Assembly (NCBI GenBank): GCA_951804945.1
Contig: OX638159.1
Span: 49,724,001 to 49,788,000, forward strand
Source: Podarcis cretensis
Taxonomy: Eukaryota
Reading direction: 5' to 3'
DNA length: 64,000 bases
Each line of letters opens with the position of its first letter. Position 1 is the stretch's first letter. The position numbers and the translations under genes were made by a program. Shown in pieces: positions 23,350 through 36,220 of the stretch. The notes beneath the pieces were generated by a model, which saw only the letters and a list, made by a program, of their open reading frames with translations, searched no databases and was not told the DNA's origin.

Positions 23350-23830
23350 GTGAGGTTAATGACTGATTTGCTTAGCTGATGATCCTTATGTGGAACTGGG
23401 CAGGAGTGTGACCATACTAATATTCAAAGACCTCCCAGAGGTATTTGATACAATAGAACCATCTAATCTTCCTAGACTGCCAATTTACTTTAATTTGGGG
23501 GGATACTACTTTGCAGTAGTTAGCTACCAGAAAGTAGCACTAAGTGTCTGCTACTCTCTCCCAGGGGCTCTGACCTGTGGAGTATCTCCCAGTGCCATCT
23601 TATCCCTGGTACTTTTTAATATCTACATGCAACTGCTGGGAAAGATCATTTGGAAGCCTGGAGTATGGTATCGTCAATATAGCAATCAATATGCAGGTCT
23701 TAAAAAGGCAATGATTCTTTTCAAATCCTTTCTTATCAGGATTCTCTGAGGATATGTGGGATTGAAGGTATGAGCTGGATGAGGACCAACAAACAAGCTT
23801 ATCCAGACATGACAGAACTGGTTATGGTGG
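23350..23830 (+). mobile_element. Degenerate L2/CR1-clade reverse transcriptase fragment
   Basis: DLPEVFDTIE and CGVSPSAILSLVLFNIYM are decayed DLSAAFDTID and GVPQGSILSPxLFNIYM motifs. Confidence 0.7.
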
Positions 23831-24516
23831 CAGAATGATGCATGTCTAAAAAGTGTGTCTTCAACGTGAAAAGTTTGGAAAGCTCTGCTGTATACCGTCC
23901 CTAGTTTTGACTGTCATTGATGCCGTTACATTTGGCTTGGTTTGATATTTGTATGTAGCTTTTCCACACTGAGTTTGTATAATCCACAATGTGACAATGT
24001 ATTTGTATCCTGCTCTTCTATTGAAAGTCATTTTCTTTTGTGATGAATTTTAACTGTTTTTATTCTTTGAACATTTCTTAACATTTTACGTACGCCACTT
24101 AGAAATATGTAAATGCAAGTACAACGAACAGTTTCTAACGCAGTAACACTTCCCCAGTCCATCACTCAACCCAGGTCACTCAAGACAACCTAGGCAGTTC
24201 CCAGACTGGACCTAAAACCAGTCTGGAAATGGATCCAAATAATGTTTGGCTCAGCAAATCCTGGAGCTGCATCACATGTTCACCTTACTAAGGTTTACAA
24301 GGCTGGATATAGGGCAATAGTTATTAGTTCTGCCGGGGTCAAGGAGAGACACCTTTTAATAAGGGCCTCACCACAGCCTCCTTCAGGACTTCCTCTGCGA
24401 CACAATTAGACAATTAGACATGTCTGATCTTACTGCTTTAAGCAGCCATTATGGCATCCCTGTGGATGGCTTTACTTCAAAGTCGGTCCATGTTCTCAGT
24501 ACTGATACTATTAACT

Positions 24517-24653
24517 CAGGCTTCCTCAAACTCGGCCCTCCAGATGTTTTTTGGCCTACAACTTCCATGATCCCTAGCTAGCAGGGCCTGTGGTCAGGGA
24601 TGATGGGAATTGTAGTCTCAACACATCTGGAGGGCCGAGTTAGAGGAAGCCTG
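24517..24653. mobile_element. Palindromic hAT-type MITE
   Basis: CAGGCTTCCTC...GAGGAAGCCTG arms; flanks TATTAACT / TATTAAGG; same core as 19095. Confidence 0.75.
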
Positions 24654-26552
24654 TATTAAGGACTTTTAAAAATTGATGTGAATTCAAAGACCAAATAAGC
24701 ATAGAATCTGGAACATTGTAAACTCTGGGAGGGTGCAGAGTTTTCTGTTTCTGTAGATTTCTTAGAGGTGAGGCTGAATCGCTACAGCAGCAAGCTGTAG
24801 TAATTCCCTTTCCTGCCACCCGCCCTGTCCACAGAAAGCTTTTCCAGAGCCGATTATTTTCTGAAAGCCCTCTACCATCTAAAATAAGGGAATAAATGAA
24901 ATAATTTTTGCAGGGATTCTTGGGCCATTGCAACAAGATATCTGTAAAAGAACCTAGAATTTTTGACTACTAACAAAATATAAATAAATCAGTCTGTGTA
25001 ATGCTGGCATAAGGAACTACAGAGATTTCCACTGCAACACGTAACTGACTTCAGTATAATGGTAAATGGCTGTGTTGCACATTGTTCTCCCTTATCAGAA
25101 ATTAGCAAATCACCATATGATTATTTTTATGAAGCATTCATTCTTAGTGAATGTTTTAAAAGTACAATCCTGTATCTTACTGAGTAAATCCCATTCAGTT
25201 CAATTGGGTTTACTCCCAGCTACAAGGGACTTGGATTGCTACAGCCTTAATTACGTACCAGTAGTCAAACAACTTACTCAGGAGTACTTCTGTTGATTTC
25301 AGTGGACTCCCATCATTTTTCATTTTTGTGAAGTGCTTTGGACATTTTGTGCATATTGGAAAGGTGACATTGCAACAACTTAATTAATATCCTACTGAAG
25401 CCAGCAACACATTCCCCCATGGTTTCCATAAATTATAATAGAATACAGTTTGAGAATTGTTGCTTAGAGAACATCATTCTAAATGTACTCAAAACCAAAT
25501 GTGTTTTTTTTTTCCTTCATGGAAAATGCTGATTTAAAAATAAAACACAAGCTCTTTCTGCTGGGAAAGGAAACACTTGGAGACTCACTTTCATGCTGCT
25601 TTTAATTAGAAACTTGCCGAAAATAAACGCTGAAAATGTCATTCATACACAATAAATACCGAAAATGTCACTCAGCAGCCATGTTTCTTTATAGCAGGAA
25701 ACTGTTTGCTCTGTAAATTGTGGAGCTGCTCAGACTTCTCTTGTACATGAACCTTCTCCATTGACTAGATTTGCTACACAGATGCATATTGGAAAGAAGC
25801 ACTGTGTGTGCTTTCTGTAGGGACTGAATTATCTTGCTGGATTTTCCCTGTCATAGCCAAAAAGCAGAATATATCTTATCCTTCCGGCTCCTCTTATAAA
25901 ATTTGGAATCATTCAATTAGTCCACAACATGTGGGATTTGCAACAAAATGTAATGCGGTATACTTGATACTTAGCCTGAACATTGGAAATAGAGGGGATT
26001 CTTGTTACAGCCATGCCTTCCTTAACGCAGCGACCTCATTTACAGTGAAGTGTAGCTTGCAACTGAGGCTGCTTTCAATTAAATCACTTAGTTTGTGCTT
26101 GACACCTTGGTCTTTGTTGCAGGTGGCAAATCAGCACTGCCGTCAAAAAGTCAGGATAGTGACTCCTCATTGCATGTGATCAGGCGGAGGAAACCCCATA
26201 TATCGCAAGACATGATAAATCTACAAAGTGATAAATGTTTAAAATACATATTGATCTTTATTTTTGTGTTGTACTGTATATGATTCCATGTACACTTCCC
26301 TGAAATCTAATAGGATGAAGGGACATTTGAACTTCTAATAGGAAGTATAAATATTCTAATGAAATAAAATTAATTATTATCATGTGCGGAAATGTTTCCA
26401 AAGTATACCTTACTTACATGTCCATCTCACTGAAATGAAGAAAGTAAGAGCCCTGCTGGATCAGGCCAAAGTCTCATGTACTGTAGTCAGAAATCCTTTT
26501 CTCAGTGGTCTAGCCACTGGGTGGGACATGGAAAGCGTAATGCTGCTGGTCA

Positions 26553-26890
26553 ACAAAAGAGGTTTAAAGACTCTCTCAAGGCAAATCTAAAAAAAATGTA
26601 GCATAAACACCGACAATTGGGAAACACTGGCCTGCGAATGCTCCAATTCGAGAACAGCCTGTACCAAGTGTCATGGACTTTGAAGATGCTCAAACTCAGC
26701 ATGAAAGTGAGAAATGTGCTAAGAAGAAGGCACGTTTGGCAAACCCTCACTGTGATCAATTCCTGCCCAGAAACCTATGTCCCCACTGTGGAAGGATGTG
26801 TGGATCCAGAATCGGCCTCCACGGTCACCTGCTGTTAAAACCGTGTTCATAGAAGGCAATCTTACTCGGCTACGAGTGATTACCAAAGAA
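26553..26890 (+). mobile_element. RTE-clade LINE 3' end (degenerate)
   Basis: Frameshifted KDSLKANLKK...NWETLA...CPHCGRMCGSRIGLHGHL, a C-terminal zinc-finger pattern of RTE elements. Confidence 0.65.
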
Positions 26891-28011
26891 ACAGGTGACA
26901 AATTAACACAGGACCTCCTTGTATGCAAATAACAGAAATGTGAAAGTCTTTACATCCACAAACATTCATGCACCGATTAAAGAAGAGTAAGTTTCTAGTC
27001 CTCATGGGGGAGCTGGAGGGTGGCAGGAAGCAGAGACTCTTTAAATGTGTACAGCCAGGAACTGCGACTATAGCTCCGGAGTCCTAGTCCTCCTTCCCAA
27101 GGTGAGGTACTCTGCCTACTCCTTGGGGACATCCTAGCCAGCATTGTGTGCTGGCCGTTTGTTCCCCTGAAGAGGCACACGCATCCCCTGACTGCACGCC
27201 TACTGTTTTTGCTCGGCTCGTAAACAAGCTAGCAACCAGTCCCGCTGATCCGCGAAGCAGGCGATAGTTCAAAGTGGGAGGACCGATGAGAGAGAGAGAG
27301 AGGGACTGACTTCATTGCAATCCGAACATCTGCATACAATGCAGCTTTTAAGCCTAGGGAAGTCCGCCCCCTCTTTGCTGCCCTGCACCTAATTGCATCC
27401 ATGCCGCTGTGCAAAGCAGCGCCCCTTGAAACTTTGCAACGGACCTTTCTCATTCCATGCATTTGAAGTGAAGTCGTACTGGGGTCGGGGCAGCCGCTTG
27501 GGCTTCCATGCACAGGTTTGCAGCGCCCTCGATCTGCGAACCCTCGGGGCACGCAGGCATGCAGCACCCCACCCCCACCCCCTACCCCCCTCTCTCCCGG
27601 AAAAAGGAGGGGAAATCGCGGCTCACTTTCCTCGCCGTTTGCCCACCGGGTCGTCCTCGTTTTTGCAGTCCAGAACAAAGTGGCGGAAGCCCGAGAGGGC
27701 GTCCGGAGGCGCGCGCTGCGGCCAGGGGGGCGGGGCAGAGCAGGGGGCGGGGCCACCGGCAGGCAAGGGGCGTCAATGGCGGTCTCCTCCCACGCACCCC
27801 CCCCCCCACCTCCAGCTCAAACCCGGCCTCGCCGCGCCATGTGTGTGGCGACCAGGCGCGCGGGCTGCTGCCACCCTATTTAAACAGAGGCTATGAGACC
27901 AGGAGGAGCAACGGAGGTCCACCGAGATCACTCAGGAGGCAGAGAGACGGGGGACGGGGGAGGAGGGGGAGGAAGAAGAAGAAGAAAGGGGAGAAGAAGA
28001 AGGAGGAGGAG

Positions 28012-28053
28012 ATGCTCTTGGCGCCCCCGCCACCATCGCAGCATCAGGGATAA
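28012..28053 (+). other. Candidate upstream ORF (MLLAPPPPSQHQG) in the NPR3 5' UTR
   Basis: ATG at 28012 with a purine at -3 and TAA at 28051-28053; lies between the TATA-like box and the main ATG. Confidence 0.4.
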
Positions 28054-28326
28054 GTCGCGGGAGAGTTGTAGTTGAGTTGCAAAACATCCCCCCTTTTTTA
28101 AAAAAGAAAAAGCAACACATTCCCTGCTAGGCATCAAGACGAGAGAGGGAGAGAGAGCGAGAGAGAAAAGACGAGGCGCTCCTTGTTGCTGGATCCATAC
28201 AAACTTTGCAGGGGTTTCTTTTCCTGGCGCGCGCTCTTCTCGCATCTTTGGGTACGTAGTTCCCGTGCATTCAGGAGTGCTTTCCCACCCCTCTCCGAGT
28301 TCTTTTTTCCCTTTTGCATCGCAACC

Positions 28327-29065
28327 ATGCCGTCCTTTTTCTTCCTCGGCTGCTTTTCTTGCAGCCTGATGGCTTGGCTGCTCCTCGCCGGCGGCAGCAG
28401 CAGCAGCAGCAGCAGCCGCCGCCCGGGTGTGCAGGAGGCGGAGGAGGAGGCGGAGGAGGAGAAAGCGCTGCGGGTGCTGGTGCTTCTCCCCAAGGACAAC
28501 GCGTACCTGTTTTCCCTGGCGCGGGTCAAGCCGGCCGTCGAGTACGCGGTGCGGCGCCTGGAGGCGAACGGGACGCTCCTGCCGGCGGGCTACAAGTTCC
28601 GGCTCTTCTACAACGACTCGGATTGCGGCAACGGGGCGTTGTTCAGCCTGGTGGACATGGTGGCCTTGAGCGGCCAGTGGCCGGACCTGCTGCTGGGCCC
28701 CGTGTGCGAGTACGCGGCCGCGCCCGTGGCGCGCCTGGCCTCGCACTGGAACCTGCCCATGATCTCGGCCGGCGCCTTGGCCGCCGGCTTCGGCACCAAG
28801 ACGGGCGAGTACTCGCACCTGACCCGGGTGTCTCCGGGCTACGCCAAGATGGGCGAGATGTTCCTGGCGCTCTTCCGCCACCACAACTGGAACCGGGTGC
28901 TGCTGGTCTACCACGAAGACAAGGAGCAGCGCAGCTGCTTCTTCGCCGCCGAGGGCGTCCATGTGGTCTTCCGCGACGCCGGCTTCCACCTGGACGACTT
29001 CGCCTTCGACGAGAGCGCCAAGTACGCCGAGGACGTGGTGCGCGCCATCCAGGGCGGCGAGAAAG
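28327..29065 (+). CDS. NPR3: Natriuretic peptide receptor 3 (NPR-C), coding exon 1
   Basis: accATG; signal peptide MPSFFFLG...LLLAGG; motifs [24 protein letters not shown] and EYSHLTRV...YAKMGEM; donor AAG|GTGAG, phase 1. Confidence 0.97.
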
Positions 29066-30524
29066 GTGAGGATGCGCGCGGGAGCGACCTCCGGGGGGAG
29101 CTGCCCTTACCCGGAGCCCAACGAGGCTCCTCCGGCTGGGGGTGGGCGAGCGCAACGCCTGGACCAGAGGGCGCAAGGAGCAGCGCGCAACTCCGGAGGG
29201 GCGCTCCTCTTTACGCACTGCTTGGTGCAGCCACTTAGGGGAAAGCGGAGAATCTGCGCCCCGCGTTGCGCGCTAGCATGGTGGCATGCATTCAAATAAC
29301 GCCTTTGCGTTATTCGGCATCTCTGTCTGGCAGCACCTCTTCACTATTTCCAGCTTAGAGCTATATTCGCTTTAAAAAAAAATGGGACAGGGGAGCGCAT
29401 CCAGACTATCGCCGTTTCAGAGTGGGATTCAGTCGCAAACAAGACACATTTAGGTTCCCCGATTATTGTTGCTTGGGAGGGCCTGCGTAACAAACCCGCT
29501 TTCCCCAGAGAGCCGGCTTTTTGCGATATGGAAAGTGAAGGGGAAAGGCACTGGAAACTGGCTAGCACTTGTTTTGGGACAGTTATCACACCTCTCTGCA
29601 AACAAAATCGGAATGAATGCTCAGTAATCATCTTATTGTCCCGGGTTCAGTGTGACCTATCCTCATAATGGCCCTCTGATGTAGACTACTATTATTCCCA
29701 TTTTACAGAAGGGAAACAGAGGCCAACGGGAAGCAACCTGCGTAGACCAGGGATGTACTTGAATTGAGGTCTACCACATTCCAGTCAAATACACCCAGTT
29801 CCTGGGAGGATTCAGCTACTCTTTCCATTACACTCTCTGCTACAGCTTTATCGCTCCTTTTCCCAGGGTTGCCACCAATGGGGAACCTCTCCTTTGCATA
29901 TATTAAAGTTAACAACAGCATTCAAATCCATTAAAACTTGTCAATTGACTTGTATTGAGCTTGGGACCACACAAAAATATACATTTGGGGCCTGTGTGCT
30001 CAACTGCTGCAGAACTATATGTTAAAATGGCAAAGAGTTTGTGGAAATTATGGCAGAGGTGATAACTATGCAGTTGTTCACTAGCTTTTTCCATATTGAA
30101 GGGCAGCATGATTGCTAGGACAGCATTGGTACACGTGCGAACGCTCAACCTCTGAAAACATACACAGTATAAAACAACTAAAGGCTAGTTTTAAATAACC
30201 GTTTTAAAAACTATTCAGAAATGATGAAGACACAAAAAGAATGTATTATCATCAATGATGCCACAAACACTATCCAGTAGGTGTTCATAACATTCTGGAA
30301 AGCACAGTATGCCTAGCACCTCTTATTGCAATAGATGCACTGGGAAAATGGGATTTCCTAATGGGATTTTCATTGGCAGATGATCAGTAGGGGATATTGC
30401 AGGCTGTTATTGGTGGATCAGGAATGTATAGGAATAAACAATGGACATCAAGGATTTATTTAAACAAGGCATTTTCATGGAGTGACACATAACCCAACTC
30501 CTCACTCTTTCCTCCACACAAGTA

Positions 30525-30750
30525 CAGTGGTACCTCGGGTTAAGTACTTAATTCGTTCTGGAGGTCCGTTCTTAACCTGAAACTGTTCTTAACCTGAAGC
30601 AACACTTTAGCTAATGGGGCCTCCTGCTTCCGCTGCGCCACCGGAGTACGATTTCTGTTCTCATCCTGAAGCAAAGTTCTTAACCTGAGGTAATATTTCT
30701 GGGTTAGCGGAGTCTGTAACCTGAAGCGTATGTAACCCAAGGTACCACTG
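30525..30750. mobile_element. Tigger-like MITE, family B
   Basis: TA flanks and TIRs; reverse complement of 5099-5324. Confidence 0.88.
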
Positions 30751-33700
30751 TATTCTTAGATCTGGTCTTATTTATGTAATAAGTGTATACCCCCTGCTTT
30801 CAGGGCAAAGGCCAACAACAACAACAACAACAAACCCTTACAACAAGTTAAAAAAGGGTTGCACCCAACTAGGTCAGATTAGACCTACTGAAATCAATAG
30901 ACTAAAATTAGTCCAGAGGACCTACTCTTCAGTTTGCCGTAGTTGGCTGAAACTCAAATATTTTGCTGCTTTTCATATGCTGTTAGGGGATTTGCTACAC
31001 ACTTTCTCTTGTGTCCATACATAATGGAAAGTGGTATGAAATAAGAATGCCTTTCCACCCACTCTGTGAATGACTGAGTCAGATATGAACAGTGGAAATC
31101 ATGGGTGCAGCTGGATTGTAGAGTCTGAATGTGCTACAGACTTTCCTGAATTATTTTGTACAGATATATGCATACATAGATCTGGTACAGTGCCTTAGTT
31201 TTTGAGTTTGAGGTAATGAGGACGTTCAGGTCTCACCTCTGCCCAGTTAATGTAGGTATATAAGTCTCTTGAAAGAGTGAGTCTCCTTCAGAGTTTGGTT
31301 TTCTACTAGGTCATTTTCTCCTGTCCTGTTTGTGAAAACAGTTGAGCAGGAATTGCTTGGAATGGATCATTTAGAAAGGATTGTATTTTTGTTGATGTGG
31401 AGCACTTCATATGATCCTAGCACAGTAAGTTTGATTGAACGTGAGCTGTACTCAAACAGAGAAAACAGGAACCCCCTGGATGCAGCATGACCCAATGCTC
31501 ATTTGAGTAGCCTTATTGTGATTTGTATTAGCAAAGCTTAATAAGGCTTTCTAAAACATGTATGCATGTGTGCTTGTAGTTCCAGCTAATAGCACCTGGA
31601 CTGTGTGTGACAAGCATGGTGTGATTGCATGGTGTGATTGCTAAGAATTGTGACCCAAGCAGTTGTTGTGAGAAGCACATGACTGTAGAAGCAGTCATTG
31701 TCTTGGGAATGTAAGGTCAGGGGAGAAGGGAATAAACTTGAGGCTATACGTTTCAGCATGCCTTTTATGAAAAAATAAAATAGGAAAGTGAATCCTGTCA
31801 GAAGAAATGCCCCAGATAATACAGCAAGAATGAGTTAACGCCAGAGTTCTGCTTCCTGACTTCCTGTGCAACTTTCTCAAAAGTAATGTTCCTGTCTATG
31901 CCAGCCTCTCTCATTTCCATTTTCTGTTTCTTTGTTTAGATTTGCCAGTGAAGGAACTGGGCCAGGATTTCCCCTTGCATTTCCTTCAAAAGCTGACTCA
32001 TCCAACATTTCATTACCTGCCTATGTAGAATCTATATGGGCAGGTTATACAATTTTGGAGAATACATTGTATTAAAGATATAACATTTTCTGTGCTTCTC
32101 GTTATTGTTTTTCTGTCAGTTACAAATAGTTCTTGTTTGGAGCTTTCGGGCCAACTACTCTCAATAGCAGCAGAGTCTAATCTTCTGTGGTGTTTCCTGT
32201 TTTTATTCAGTGTAGGAAGTTGTTCTCTGGTAGGTCATACCCTGTTGGCTTTTGGACTTCTTGAGTTCAGCAGGGGTAGCAGGAAGCACAGGAGTCAGAT
32301 TTACAATGAATGGGGATTGAGATATACTCCACTGAAACTTCAGATTGATCCCTCTGGGTTGTTCGTTGCATTTGCTTGTCATCTGTTACACAAGAGACAC
32401 CACAAAGCCTGACTTCCCTAACTGCCTTGGGATATGTATTAAAAATGCCCTAGCTCATAGTTATTCCTGATCATGTCCACATCTCTCTTCTCATTTATAA
32501 ATGTGTGTTTCTTCTGAAGCAACAGTTGAACATTTACATAATGTAACTTTACGCTGTTGTACAGAAGAAAGAAGTTTGCTGCATTGTCACTCTAGAAAAA
32601 TCAGCTTGCAGGTGCAGGATGCAGATAAATTGAGATAAAACAGCCTCTTGTAGCATTTGAGGAGTGGAGTAGGCTATGGAATAGAGATGTCAAGGGCTGT
32701 TGAAATGTTTCTCCGCATCACTAGCACACCACAAAAAATCCCAAGTGTCTGTATGAAAGCTTTCCACTTGTGCGGATAGACTAAGCAGGGGCTATGTCTG
32801 CATTAGAATCTTGTTCAAATGGCTTCTTGATTACGTAATTATAAACCTTCGCACATACTTTATTGGGACAGACTGACACTTGCATTGGATTATAAAGCTG
32901 GTATTGGCTTGCTTCATATGACAATGACTAGGGTTACTTCTTTCAACGTCTATTTATATTAGACAAACTGTCTTCTGTCTTTTGGTAGTTTAAAAGTGCA
33001 CTGTGTACTGTAAATTGCTAGCTCAAGGTGGAACTAAACATTTGAGAGTAAACATGGGATTTTCAGCTGTGTGTTTGAAGTCCAAACACGAGAGAGGGGC
33101 ATATACAGTAGAGAAGTGGGAGATGTGGAGCAGTGGGGGTGTTTAACTTTTCCCTGCTCCTTCCAGCTTTATTCTTATCATCTCTACCCCAAGCAGGACA
33201 TCCAAGACATGCTTTCCTAGGAAGTGGGGGAAAGCAGACACAACAGGAAGTTGCAGAGTGAGGTCAAGGCAGGGTTAAGCACCTCTTCCAATTCCCACTC
33301 GCAGCTCCTGCAAATGTCAACCCACCTCTGCCTTGTATATCAAGAGCAAAAAGGAATTCCCAGCACATGTCTAGTTTCACCATGAGACAAGAGCCATGTT
33401 TGCACATTGTAGTTCAATCCCTGGATCAGACATAAGTCTCAGCTAGGGACTGTGGTTTGTTTCCTGCATGTGTGAACAGAGATTAGTCTTAACAGCCCAG
33501 AAAGGAATATTTACAGTAAACCATTAACTATAGCTTACCGTTACATGCAAACTGAGCCATCGTATTTTGTGGAAAGTGAATAAATTCAACTTTTTATTCA
33601 AGCCAAGGACCCCTCCTGTTTGATTTAAGCATCCCCTGTTGTTGTTGTACTATATAATAATAGTTCCTTAGCAATCAGCCTCTTTTTCAAGGTCTTTCAT

Positions 33701-35863
33701 TTTAAGAATGCAAAAACCCCATGAGCGTATCCAAAAGGAAATGTTGGATGGACAGCAACAAATCTGATGCTTAACCTTTCATTCTTTTATAGTGACTCTG
33801 CCTATGTTAGGAGTGTGAGAGATGTTTTCTTTTGGCCATGCTGAATATAGAGTCTCTTCCCCCTCAACCTTGGAGAGATCCCGTTGAGTATTGCATAAAT
33901 AACAAAGGCATTTTGTGGAAGGAACCATCAGGGGAGCACATGGATTCCTGACTCTCACATTTGTTCAGCAATACGCTCATCACTTTAGAAAATCAAGCAA
34001 CTGGGAGACAAACAGCTTGGAAAACATTTTGTTGTTGTTCTTGCTGTTGAAAACTTAGATACAATAAATGGATTTAATAATCATTTCTTAGTGTAATCTT
34101 TAGTGATATACATTTTGGGTGGAAAATGGTGGATAAAATTAATTACAAAATCCAGGACTTGAGCTGTAAGTATTGGGGGATACATTGTGTCAAATCTGGG
34201 TCTTCCCCTGTCACTTACGAGGACTTGCGGGTTGGTTTTTAGACTGAACAAATGAAGGGAACAAAACCTTCCATGTGACTGCTGCTTACCAGGGGTGGGG
34301 GAACTTTTTTCACCCTGATGGCATTACATGGCCTCTTGGGCAGCCTTCCAGGGGCCATATGTTAATGGTGGGTAAATATGTCTCTTTTCTTTGTACAGTA
34401 GGTTGTTCTGTACCCCTATCATGGCATCTCCCAGCCCCAAGTGCTCACCCCTCCCCCAGTTCATTTCTGATATTGGAGAAAAGCCAGAGAAACAGACTGA
34501 AGGAATATTAACCACACACGGGGAAACGATTTGTGCCCCACCAGGACCACCACATGCTCCTTTGCTTTAAAAATAGGACCTTTACTCCCACTATGCACTG
34601 TATATATGTTTTGGGGCAGACCTCAGTTTACAGAAATAATCTGCTGTCATGTGTAGACTGAGCCTCAGTTAACTACACATTAACTATTTCATTTATATGT
34701 CATTAAGAAATAGATAAGCACTATCTTTTATTATACAACGTTGTCTTGAATATAGGACTAAGTAAGCTTTGCAAGTCATATTTATACATTATTGGCTATA
34801 CTTTTACGCTGTCTGTCCAGCTGTTTTCTGTAGACTACCCACAGCATGTTAAAACCAACAAACAACCACAAGTAAAACTCCCAACGGGGTGAAGCAAAAG
34901 GTAAATCCCATGTTAAAGATCAGCAGCTGGCAGATATTGGGTTCAGTGCTGCTCCCTGAAAAGGCCCCTAGTTACCAACCCAAAGGCAAAATAGGGGCAT
35001 GAATCTGGACTTGTGACTGTGGTAACAGGACATGCCAGTCACAATGAGGCATCTAATCATAAGCCTGCATTTTTATCAAAGCTTATATTTTTGATTAAGG
35101 CCTGTATATTAAGATGAGCTTAAAGATTTTCAAATGTTTCATGCCAGGCAGAAGACCAGCTGCCTAAGAACCTTGGCAATGTTTATTCTCCTGGACAAGG
35201 GGGGCCCCTGATTTATAGCAGAAAACAATTCTCAAAGTCAAAGGGAATTACAGGCTGAGAGCCAAGGTTACACTGACCCTACATATTACAGAAGATATAA
35301 GAAGGCTGAGAAAACATAATTAAGAGTGGGTAAATAGTAAAATAAAACCATGTGCCTCCCATTAAACTTGAGCCATATTTTCCTAAGGTTAAAAGGCCAA
35401 GAGCATCTGGCTGGCAGAAAGGGAGGGAGTATTTTGGGAAGTCTTTTTCTAAAGTTGTTTCTTTCTTAAACTGAGATCCTTTTAAGATTTCTTTTCCTTT
35501 TAAAAGGTTATTTATGTTATGTATTAAATATATTGGCTTAAATGTAATTATGCAAAGGAATTAGAAACTAAGAAATGTTAAATCCTTATGCTAGATTCTT
35601 ATTTCATATAGTTGGAAGAGACCACAGGGGCCATCAGCCCAGCCCCCCTTGCCAAGCAGGAAACATCATTAGAGCACACATATGGTTGTCAGGCCTTTGT
35701 TTAAAGACCTCCAAAAGAAGGAGATCTTTCAATGATGATGTGAACTCAAGATCCTTGACATCTGTTTAAGATAAAAATTTAAGATTAACCATCTGTTTTG
35801 GAGGGCAATAGGCCAAGGAGGGCAAGAGGTGAGCTGGTAATTAAGGTTTCTTGTTGAGACAAA

Positions 35864-36220
35864 TGTAAGATATATGACTACTTATTTGTCATTTATAGAT
35901 AGAAGAATATATAGCTTTTTGTTTCCCATAAAAGGGCAAAAGGAAATGGGTGTATCTTTTGTGATTGGTTCTAGCAAACAGCCAATAGGAATTTCAACCA
36001 GGCTGATTGGACAGAGGCAGCCACAGGAGGAGCAAGGGGGCTGGATTAAGGAAATATAAGTGCTGGCCATAACGGCAGGAGGCCAGGCCAGAGCTTGGTA
36101 ACCATATACCACTGTGCCTCATATTTATTTGTCCGACAAATAAATTATTATTTTAATTTCTCTATTGCTGCGTTGAATATTTCATTCCAGCTAAGCGTTA
36201 ACCACAAGCAGGGTGCTACA
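35864..36220 (+). mobile_element. Solo LTR, sense-oriented in NPR3 intron 1
   Basis: TG...CA ends; flanks ACAAA/ACAAG; three CCAAT boxes (35964, 35982, 36006); TATAAG 36055; AATAAA 36139. Confidence 0.6.

Larger units (their letters stand above)
27480..29300 (+). promoter_or_regulatory. CpG island over the NPR3 promoter and exon 1
   Basis: Very high CpG density. Two GC boxes at 27725-27752, CRE half-site CGTCA at 27771, TATA-like TATTTAAA at 27877-27884. Confidence 0.85.

Noticed and set aside
4500-27400. SUB1 or another coding gene in the intergenic region
   Set aside because: No SUB1-like peptide or convincing exon chain found by eye; the ORFs are short and repeat-derived or low in information.
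28183-28326. N-terminal extension of NPR3 in the ORF track
   Set aside because: Starts at TTG. The ATG at 28327 has Kozak context and begins the signal peptide.
27928-28989. 353-aa antisense ORF and other overlapping ORFs across NPR3 exon 1
   Set aside because: Expected shadow of very high GC3 codon usage in a CpG island; no recognisable domain.
29066-29238. Read-through of the exon 1 frame into intron 1
   Set aside because: Strong donor at 29066 and no NPR3 similarity beyond it; no evidence for intron retention.
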